Shown: positions 1 through 7,704 of the stretch, piece after piece
How the letters are laid out: each line of letters begins with the position of its first letter
How positions within the stretch are numbered: position 1 is the first letter of the stretch
Source of the DNA: an uncultured virus (IMG/VR IMGVR_UViG_3300027917_000001)
Lineage: Duplodnaviria; Heunggongvirae; Uroviricota; Caudoviricetes
Virus record (IMG/VR): IMGVR_UViG_3300027917_000001
Strand: one strand, 5' to 3'
DNA: 20,000 bases
The notes under the pieces: model-generated
Databases searched by the model: none
The model's input: only the letters and a program-made list of their open reading frames with translations
What the model was told of the DNA's origin: nothing
Made by a program: the position numbers and the translations under genes

Positions 1-23
1 CAAGTCATGTTTCGCAGCACGAC

Positions 24-2258
24 ATGGCCCGTGCAGATCGTACATTGCATGGTCATGTCCCGTACCCTACCGCAGACGCATCAGACGAAGACAAGGCGAG
101 ATGGACCCAGCACCGCTGGCATAGTCAGGACCCGCTCTATGAGCCGTTCTACCGCAAGTGGTCTGAGATCATAGCTTTCATACGTGGTCGTCACTGGGAC
201 ATATGGAGCCAACACTCCATGCGCATGGTACCCGAGACCGACGTGCCACCTTGGCGCGAACGCATGACAGTGAACTATACGTTCGCTATCTGGAAGACGT
301 TCATCGCCAAGCTGACGAAGAACCGTCCAGCGTGGGACGTACGACCGGCATCCGGTGACGCCGAGGACATCAATGCCGCTCTCCTTGGTCGCTCGATCCT
401 CGAATGGCTGTGGACAGCGGAGATGAACCTGTCCGAGATGTGGCGTCGTGTGGTCGCATGGGTCGTCACGACAGGCAACTGCTGGGTCGAAACCTTCTGG
501 GACGAGAACACTGGCGAAGTGGTCGAACTGACAACCTCGACCATGATAGCTGAGATCGACCCCAACGGGAACCCGACCGGCAACTTCCTTGAGGCGCCAG
601 CCGCCATGAACCCTGAGACCGGGGAGCCGGTTGTTGATCCAGAGACTGGATTACCACTGGATGTAGAGCCGGTAACGGAAGACATGGGTCAGGTTGGTAT
701 CGCCGTGCACACGCCATTCAGCGTCAGGACAAACCCCGAAGCATTCTCCGACCCTGAGGCTGTGACGGACGTTATGATTGGCGTCCCTGTCACACGTGAA
801 TGGGTGGAGCGCACATACAACGCAGATATGGCGGCGAGTCTGAACTACGATTCAGGTGACGCTACGTCAATCGCTATCGAGCAGCTTGAGACGATAGCGA
901 CTGGCGGTCACGAGCGCAACGCTTTGTTCGAGACATCGACGCCAACAACTAGAGAATCCAAGGGCGAGACAACCCTGATTATCCGGCACTACCACAAACC
1001 GGATAGAGAATACCCCAACGGACGATTCTGGGTAGCAGCAGGCAACGGGCAGATGATAGAGCCCGAGACCTCCCTCCCTCTCGGTATATGGCCCCTAGTC
1101 CATGCTCAAGCCTATCCGAACCCGGGCCTGTTGCTATCCATGTCTCCTATCGAGCCGATCATCCCGCTCAACCGGCGCCTGAACGAACAGAACAGCAGGA
1201 TCGCTGAGTACGAGAAGCTGATGATGAACGGTAAGTGGCTCGTGCCGAAGACCGCGAACATCCGCAAGGGCGCGATCACGACCGAGCCCGGAGAGGTAAT
1301 CACGTACACGCCTCCATTCGAGCCGAAGCTGGCGACCATCAAGGCATTGCCCGCTGCGGTCTATAGCGAGCGAGAAGGTACGAAACAGGACATACAGTTC
1401 GTCTCAGGTATACACAAGATCAGCCTTGGTCAGCCACCTCCGGGCGTCACGGCCGGTCGTGCGTTCCTCGTCCTGCAAGAGGCAGACGACACGGACCTTG
1501 GGCCGATCCTGACTGCACTGTCGGAGTCTCTGAGCAAGCTTGGACATCTAGTGTTGTGGACAATCCGACAGAACTATACTGAGCCACGCACCGTTGCGAT
1601 CGTAGGAAAGAATACCGGAGAGTTCCTCTACCGCGATTTTGTTGGCGAGGACTTGGACCCGGGTCGAAGTGGTTCACTCTCGATTCAGGTCAAGGTACAG
1701 GAAGGCTCCATGTTCCCGTGGCTCAAGGCTGCGGCACAGGAGATGGCTCTCCAGTTGCTCCAGACGCCAGTAGGTCAGATGTTACTACAGAGCCCGGACG
1801 GGCAACTCGACAGGAACAGACTTTCGGACATCCTTCAGGTTGGCGGTCTGGAGAGTCTGGTCGATACCACGGATCTCGATACGGCAGAGGCCGAACGTAC
1901 GTACGACGATCTAGCTCAGCATGACGGCAGGTCTCCACTGCCATCTCCGCACGAATGGCAGAACCTCGCCGTACATGTCTCTACATTCGAGCGACACCTG
2001 AAGAGCAAGGCTTTCACCTCGCTGCCACCGCCTAACCAGCGATTGGTTCTGGCGTACTACAAACAGTTGACTATGGTACTGAGCCAACAGCAGCAGATGG
2101 CGATCCAATCACAACTCGACCAGTTGACGCGATCGACTGAGGCGGAGGAGTTCGGTCGCAAGATGGGTGAGATCCGTGCCATGGCGATCGCTGAGAGAGA
2201 GGACATCGACATGCCCGGGACCGAAGGTAGCTCGAAAGATCCGAAAGGTAGCAAGTAA
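24..2258 (+). CDS. Portal protein (head-tail connector), podovirus/P22-like
   Basis: 744 aa. Portal-like segments 'RMTVNYTFAIWKTFIAKLTKNRPAWDVRPASGDAEDINAA', 'SPIEPIIPLNRRLNEQNSRIAEYEKLMMNGKWLVPK', 'DIQFVSGIHKISLGQPPPGVTAGRAFLVLQEADDT'; Q-rich helical C-terminus. The frame is open to the window edge and no SD is visible, so the true start may lie upstream. Confidence 0.88.
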   Translation: MARADRTLHGHVPYPTADASDEDKARWTQHRWHSQDPLYEPFYRKWSEIIAFIRGRHWDIWSQHSMRMVPETDVPPWRERMTVNYTFAIWKTFIAKLTKNRPAWDVRPASGDAEDINAALLGRSILEWLWTAEMNLSEMWRRVVAWVVTTGNCWVETFWDENTGEVVELTTSTMIAEIDPNGNPTGNFLEAPAAMNPETGEPVVDPETGLPLDVEPVTEDMGQVGIAVHTPFSVRTNPEAFSDPEAVTDVMIGVPVTREWVERTYNADMAASLNYDSGDATSIAIEQLETIATGGHERNALFETSTPTTRESKGETTLIIRHYHKPDREYPNGRFWVAAGNGQMIEPETSLPLGIWPLVHAQAYPNPGLLLSMSPIEPIIPLNRRLNEQNSRIAEYEKLMMNGKWLVPKTANIRKGAITTEPGEVITYTPPFEPKLATIKALPAAVYSEREGTKQDIQFVSGIHKISLGQPPPGVTAGRAFLVLQEADDTDLGPILTALSESLSKLGHLVLWTIRQNYTEPRTVAIVGKNTGEFLYRDFVGEDLDPGRSGSLSIQVKVQEGSMFPWLKAAAQEMALQLLQTPVGQMLLQSPDGQLDRNRLSDILQVGGLESLVDTTDLDTAEAERTYDDLAQHDGRSPLPSPHEWQNLAVHVSTFERHLKSKAFTSLPPPNQRLVLAYYKQLTMVLSQQQQMAIQSQLDQLTRSTEAEEFGRKMGEIRAMAIAEREDIDMPGTEGSSKDPKGSK

Positions 2259-3325
2259 TGGTACAGTTCCGTAACGACGAGACCAAACTGGAACTCGATC
2301 GCAATATGGCTGGCGTCTTCGAGTTGGCGCAAGGCGAAGTGACTTGCACGACACTGAACACAGACTATACGTATCGGATACAGGACTACCGAACAGGATT
2401 TCTGGTCCTCATAGCTCAGGGCGCTGACGCGCGATACGACTTACTTGGTACGACAGGCTCCGATTCCAACTGGCTACCAGCCGACGTACCGACCAAAGTA
2501 CGCGCGCCTATGCGACGGTACGGAGTCGAGGGACCGAAGACTGCGGGCCGTGACATGTGGAGCCCGGCTGGCTTGGAGGTCCACTTTCAGGCGCCGGATA
2601 ACGGGACGAAGATCACAGTGATCGAAACACTGGGAGCACAGCCCGGTACGTTCTTGCCAACGGCAATCAACGGTCTCGTACTATGGTTAAGATCAAGTTC
2701 GATCGCACTTGCTGCAAACTCAAGTGTGAGTTCATGGGAGGACGAAAGCGGTGCCAATAACCATGCTATACAGGCTACGCCAGCAAATCAACCTACGCTA
2801 GTCTACGACTCGCAAGGTAGAAAGGCTGTACGCTTTGGTGCATCTAGCCATAAACTGGTCATCGATCCACTGGCATCAAGTATACTACCAATCTCTGTGT
2901 TTACCGTTGTGACGCCACGTAGTGAAGACGAACAACGAATGATTTTGGATAAAGGGCCAACAGGGGATGCGACAACAAGGTTCATAATGTATCGTGAAAC
3001 CACAGATACATGGAACCTTGGACCCGGTTCTGCACCACCAACTGGTGGAACGGTTGTTAGCGGACAAACTGACATAGTATCAGGACTACATAAAATAGGA
3101 GCCGATGAGTGTATTCTCCGTGAAAATGGAACACAAATTGATACTGGCACAACAAACATCACAGCCGCGCTAGAGTCGTTACACATTGGTTGTGATCAAA
3201 CATCAGCTAGGCAATTTAACGGGGACTTGCTTGAGATAGCTATGTACGATCACGAACTTACGGCTGCACAATTCGACCTTGTTGACGGATATTTGTCTAG
3301 GGTAAACAAAGTAGCCCTAGCGTAA
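2258..3325 (+). CDS. Virion protein: 125-aa N-terminal domain paralogous to the next gene plus C-terminal LamG/concanavalin A-like jelly-roll domain
   Basis: TAATG overlap with portal. 'LVLWLRSSSIALAANSSVSSWEDESGANNHAIQATPANQPTL' and 'LHIGCDQTSARQFNGDLLEIAMYDHELTAAQFDLVDGYL' follow the typical phage LamG-like pattern. Confidence 0.75.
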   Translation: MVQFRNDETKLELDRNMAGVFELAQGEVTCTTLNTDYTYRIQDYRTGFLVLIAQGADARYDLLGTTGSDSNWLPADVPTKVRAPMRRYGVEGPKTAGRDMWSPAGLEVHFQAPDNGTKITVIETLGAQPGTFLPTAINGLVLWLRSSSIALAANSSVSSWEDESGANNHAIQATPANQPTLVYDSQGRKAVRFGASSHKLVIDPLASSILPISVFTVVTPRSEDEQRMILDKGPTGDATTRFIMYRETTDTWNLGPGSAPPTGGTVVSGQTDIVSGLHKIGADECILRENGTQIDTGTTNITAALESLHIGCDQTSARQFNGDLLEIAMYDHELTAAQFDLVDGYLSRVNKVALA

Positions 3326-3337
3326 AGAGGAGAGAGA

Positions 3338-3715
3338 ATGGCTAAGTTTCGGAACGACCTGACCGCCGACGAGCTGGCACGCTCGATGGCCGGTGTGTTC
3401 GAGCTGGCACAGGGCGAGGTGACGTGTAGTTCGGCCGACACAAACTACACGTACACGATTCAGGACGCAAGGACACGATTCCTGATTCTGATCGCGCAGA
3501 CCAACTCGGCACGGTACAATTTACTGGCGGCAACGTCGGCAACCTCGAACTACCTGCCGGCAGATACACCATGGAAAGTCTACGCGCCTATGGAGATCAA
3601 CGATCCCGAAGGACCGGAAGGGCTGGGGCGCGAGATGTGGGACCCGGCTGGGCTCAACATCAATCTGCGATCCGAGACGGCTGGGACTAAGGTCACGGTT
3701 ATCGAGGTCTTGTAA
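3338..3715 (+). CDS. Small virion beta-protein, stand-alone paralog of the N-terminal domain of 2258-3325
   Basis: SD GAGGAG upstream. 75/125 residues identical (hand count, ungapped) to aa 1-125 of the preceding ORF. Confidence 0.8.
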   Translation: MAKFRNDLTADELARSMAGVFELAQGEVTCSSADTNYTYTIQDARTRFLILIAQTNSARYNLLAATSATSNYLPADTPWKVYAPMEINDPEGPEGLGREMWDPAGLNINLRSETAGTKVTVIEVL

Positions 3716-4257
3716 TGCCGATTCTTGAGAGCGACCTGCGGTTTCTCTATACCGGGGCCGTGTCTCATGATGCGGCCCAAACCGATCCAGACGCATCTCT
3801 GGGTGGGTACAGGTCCAGCTCTGTCATAACATCTGCGGCCGATAACAACGTCTTCGATGACGTAAGCGGCGGCGAAGCGAGTGCTGGCGATACCGAATAC
3901 AGGGCGATCGCTTTTCACAACAACCATGGCACGCTGGCGCTATCGTCAGGGAAAGTGTGGATCAGTGCCGACACCGGTAATGCGGAGGACGACGTTTCGT
4001 TCGGAGTCGAGACACCATCACCCAACGAGACCAGTGGCAGCATCCAGACGATCGCGGACGAGAGCACTGCACCCAGTGGAATCTCATGGAGTGACGCCAC
4101 GTCAAAGGCGACCGGGCTGTCCTTCCCCGGGTCTGGAAGCGATGTTGCGGCAGGGGATTGGTTCGGTATTTGGCTGCGACGTATTATCTCTGCCGGGGCT
4201 GCGGCGTCGGCTGGAGAGTCGTGCACGCTTAGAATTGAAGGGGATTCGGAACCGTAA
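3715..4257 (+). CDS. Putative virion structural protein (beta-sandwich)
   Basis: TAATG overlap. Ser/Gly/Ala/Asp-rich; motifs 'NNVFDDVSGGEASAGDTEYRAIAFHNNH' and 'GIWLRRIISAGA' resemble a recurrent phage structural family (from recall). Confidence 0.7.
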   Translation: MPILESDLRFLYTGAVSHDAAQTDPDASLGGYRSSSVITSAADNNVFDDVSGGEASAGDTEYRAIAFHNNHGTLALSSGKVWISADTGNAEDDVSFGVETPSPNETSGSIQTIADESTAPSGISWSDATSKATGLSFPGSGSDVAAGDWFGIWLRRIISAGAAASAGESCTLRIEGDSEP

Positions 4258-4847
4258 TGTCAATCGTTGAGAATGACATCAGGCTCATGCGGCGCATGCT
4301 GGTCTTGCGTCAAGTGAACGACGACTTCGGTTTACAGAAGATCGAAAAGCACTTGCGTAATGTACGCAAACTGTCGTTCAACTTGCGATCGCCGGAATCT
4401 CAGAGCACATTCCTGAACCGCCTGCAACCAAACGAACGATGGCTGGCACAGCAGTTCGGCTTTGTTGAGCTGCCAGACTACCACGACACCGTGTTCCTCA
4501 ACTCGCGCTGGGCAAACCCGGCCACGCTCTACGTCAGGCTCGTGGAGCCTGTCTCCGGGTTGCAGGAATACGGAGAGATCATGTACATGCCGCCCGAGAT
4601 CGAACGTGTCTGGCATGAGATCGAACGAGCGACACACACGCTGTACTCGCAACTCTTCGCACCTAGGGTGCATTCTGCGATAGAAGGTGGACGCATGGAA
4701 GTAGAGCTGCCGAAGCAAGTGACTGGCAAGGTGCTGCGAGTAGCGATCAAACGCTACTTCAAATACCTGTGGCACAGGGTACGGAAGTTCTTTGCACGCA
4801 CCATGAGAAGAATGGCGATATGGCGCCGGGATAGGAAAAGAACCTAA
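4257..4847 (+). CDS. Hypothetical protein with highly basic C-terminus
   Basis: 196 aa, TAATG overlaps at both ends; fills the gap between neighbours exactly. Confidence 0.75.
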   Translation: MSIVENDIRLMRRMLVLRQVNDDFGLQKIEKHLRNVRKLSFNLRSPESQSTFLNRLQPNERWLAQQFGFVELPDYHDTVFLNSRWANPATLYVRLVEPVSGLQEYGEIMYMPPEIERVWHEIERATHTLYSQLFAPRVHSAIEGGRMEVELPKQVTGKVLRVAIKRYFKYLWHRVRKFFARTMRRMAIWRRDRKRT

Positions 4848-7684
4848 TGACGGCAGTATCAGTTTCGTTTGACGGTACACGGCTCTCTGACGCTGAGACT
4901 GAATCCTCTGGCGGTGTGTGGGACGACTGGAGCGCGGCAACGTCACCAACCCAAGAAACTGACGTTGTTATCCAGAATACGTACTGCATGTCGAACAAGG
5001 TTAGCTCAACACAGGGTGGCGTAGAGTTCGAGGACGATGCTGGTGTAGACTACTCCACAACACCACGTGTGGTCATTGCCAAGATCAATGTGACCACATA
5101 CGGCATCATGGGTGGTCAGCACGATTCACCTGCCGGGCTCAAGTACCAGATCGGTTCTGGTACACACGCGACCAACGTCATTGACTATCACGTTGCCGGT
5201 AATGACTACTATCCAGTGACTGGTGGCTGGTTGATTTTGTGCATCGACCCCAACGTACTGGCATGGCGTGATGTCGTGACAGGTACGCCGTCCCTGACTG
5301 GTATCGATTACTACGGACTTGCCGCAGACATGACGGCGAGTGCTAAGACCGATAACGTCATGCACGACGCACTCGATTGGATACCATCTGGTGGCGGCTT
5401 GACGCTCTCTGGTGGCAGCGACACTGACCCGGACGGGACCTTTCAGGACTTCATCGACTACGACGAAGGGAACTACCTCAACCGGTATGGCATTGTCTTC
5501 ACGGCGGCTCAGGCTTTGCTTGTCAGGGGTACGCTGACGATTGGAGACGCCAGCGAAACTGACTTCACTGACGAGAACAGGGTGCTGTTCTTCCCGAAGG
5601 ACTACATGCTCGTAGACGAGGGTTTCTTCGGTCTGAAGTGTGACCTTCAGGCCAGTGGTACAGCCATCACCATCAATTCAACCGTGATGCAGGGGAACCA
5701 TCAGGACGACTTCGTTGCCTTCTTCGATACCGAGTACGAAGTGGACGGCACCAACGAAGAACTGGATCTGACGGCCCATGATTTCGTGACCGGTGACTAC
5801 GTACAGTACAGGAAGCAAGGTGGCTCCGAGGCGATTGGACTCACCGACAACAGTTACTATTGGGTGGAGGTCATTACAGCCAACTCGATCTGTCTGCACA
5901 CGTCGCGGGCGAACGCCTTTGCCGCAGCGACACCTGTTGGCCTGACGGCATCGACTACTGGCAACGGCGAGGAGCATCTGATCCAGCGTTACCCGGACCT
6001 GAGGCCGGATCTCACAATCTCGGGTGCGACTGGATATGCAGTATTCGACGGGTGCACGTTCATCAGGTTCAGGAATATCAAGACCACTAGCACCTGCACG
6101 ATCAAGGACTCCAAGATGGTCTATCCAGACTACTTGGACCTGACGACCAGTGGTGGATTCTTACTGCGCAATTTATTCCAATTCCCAGCGACCGTGCGCG
6201 GAGAGTCGTTCATCGTATGCGATGATCTCGGAGATATTGATTCGTGTGCGTTTGTCTCCGGTGGAGAAGGACATGCCATTGAGATAGACACGGCTACGGC
6301 CGGCGTGGCATTTTACGCCACCACGTTCGACTTGTACTTTGATGGTGACGAGGACAACACGGGCGGTATTTCGTTCAATCCGTCCACTGACATAGACGAT
6401 ACAAACGATGAGATCGACTACACGTCGCATCCACTTAATACTGGTGATCCCATCTACTACAGTGACGAAGGCGGAACACCAGTTAGCGGGTTGACGGATG
6501 GCAGTCTATACTACGCACGATACGTAACTGCCAGCTCATTCAGCTTGCATCCGACGCTATATGCCGCCACTAATGGTGTCAACAAAATTGCGATCAGTAC
6601 CGGATCGAACGAGACGCACAAGTTCTACAGTGCGAACGCCGCGATTCACAACAGCTCTGGTGGGCACGTGACAATCAACGTGCAGGACGCTGGTGACTCG
6701 CCATCGGTTCGCAACAGCAACGGGTCAACGACGACTGTCAACAACACGGTGACACTCTCGGTAACCAACGTGCGCGGCGGTAGTCAGGTCTCGATCCGCA
6801 AGGCATCGGATAACAGCGAGATCATGAACAAGGAGGCCGTCCCGACGAGCCGGTTCTGGAGTGAGAAATTTGAGGACACAGGATACGACGAAACGTGGAG
6901 CGGGTCCGAAGTTGTCGGTGGCAGTTCGACGTTTGATGAGGACTACGCTGTCTCCAGCGTGACCGGTGCACCGAGCGACTGGGAAGACGAATGTCTACAA
7001 GTCGTGACCGCATCGACTGAGAACGCCTACATCGAAAACACGTTCGGTTCCGACAAGGGTGGACCGAACTACTTCAGATGTGAGGTAATCGTGGATTCGG
7101 AATCGTTGGGTACGAGCACCGGAGTAACGTTTGCTCGCGGCGCTACCAGCACACCGAACACGATGTGGGAGTTGTCGATCTACCAGAATGCCAGCGACGA
7201 TCTCGTGATCCGTGCCAACATCCGGCATGACGGTAGCGATAACTTCTATGAGTCCGATCCGATCAGTCTTGATACACGATACATCGTTGAAGTGTACTGG
7301 GACGAGATAGCGGACGAATGGGCATGGCGCATTGGAGACGAAGACTGGACGATCACAACGCTGTACAGCGGATCGCTGACTAGCACGGCGGCGACATGGG
7401 TACTTCGCACGGTCAGGATGGGAACGACGGCAGCGGGTGGCGTAGTGACCTACTACCTCGACTGCTTCGAGATAGACGACACAGATTGGGTGAAGTCCTC
7501 TGACGGGCTCACCAGCGTGTCGAAGACAGACTACAACTATACAGGCGAAACGGCAGTATACGTCTACGTAAGACGTTCAAGCCGTACTCCGAAATACAAG
7601 ACGTGGACAGGCGGCGGTAACATCGTCAGTACCGGCCTGAGCGTGCAAGCGGCCCAAGTCCGGGACGACGTTGCAGCACCGTAA
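4847..7684 (+). CDS. Large multidomain virion/appendage protein (two ~85-aa repeats, lectin-like beta domains)
   Basis: 945 aa, acidic, T/S/G/D-rich. Internal duplication 'HDFVTGDYVQY..GLTDNSYYWV' / 'HPLNTGDPIYY..GLTDGSLYYA'; ConA-like segment near the C-terminus. Confidence 0.75.
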   Translation: MTAVSVSFDGTRLSDAETESSGGVWDDWSAATSPTQETDVVIQNTYCMSNKVSSTQGGVEFEDDAGVDYSTTPRVVIAKINVTTYGIMGGQHDSPAGLKYQIGSGTHATNVIDYHVAGNDYYPVTGGWLILCIDPNVLAWRDVVTGTPSLTGIDYYGLAADMTASAKTDNVMHDALDWIPSGGGLTLSGGSDTDPDGTFQDFIDYDEGNYLNRYGIVFTAAQALLVRGTLTIGDASETDFTDENRVLFFPKDYMLVDEGFFGLKCDLQASGTAITINSTVMQGNHQDDFVAFFDTEYEVDGTNEELDLTAHDFVTGDYVQYRKQGGSEAIGLTDNSYYWVEVITANSICLHTSRANAFAAATPVGLTASTTGNGEEHLIQRYPDLRPDLTISGATGYAVFDGCTFIRFRNIKTTSTCTIKDSKMVYPDYLDLTTSGGFLLRNLFQFPATVRGESFIVCDDLGDIDSCAFVSGGEGHAIEIDTATAGVAFYATTFDLYFDGDEDNTGGISFNPSTDIDDTNDEIDYTSHPLNTGDPIYYSDEGGTPVSGLTDGSLYYARYVTASSFSLHPTLYAATNGVNKIAISTGSNETHKFYSANAAIHNSSGGHVTINVQDAGDSPSVRNSNGSTTTVNNTVTLSVTNVRGGSQVSIRKASDNSEIMNKEAVPTSRFWSEKFEDTGYDETWSGSEVVGGSSTFDEDYAVSSVTGAPSDWEDECLQVVTASTENAYIENTFGSDKGGPNYFRCEVIVDSESLGTSTGVTFARGATSTPNTMWELSIYQNASDDLVIRANIRHDGSDNFYESDPISLDTRYIVEVYWDEIADEWAWRIGDEDWTITTLYSGSLTSTAATWVLRTVRMGTTAAGGVVTYYLDCFEIDDTDWVKSSDGLTSVSKTDYNYTGETAVYVYVRRSSRTPKYKTWTGGGNIVSTGLSVQAAQVRDDVAAP
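5720..6625 (+). repeat. Two diverged copies of an ~85-aa domain (about 5720-5983 and 6371-6625)
   Basis: F-x5-D-x-TN(E/D)E(L/I)D-x-T-x-H-x3-TGD-x3-Y-x3-GG-x4-GLTD-x-S-x-Y ... LH shared between the two copies. Confidence 0.8.
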
Positions 7685-7704
7685 CCTAACAGGAGATACT
7701 TACT

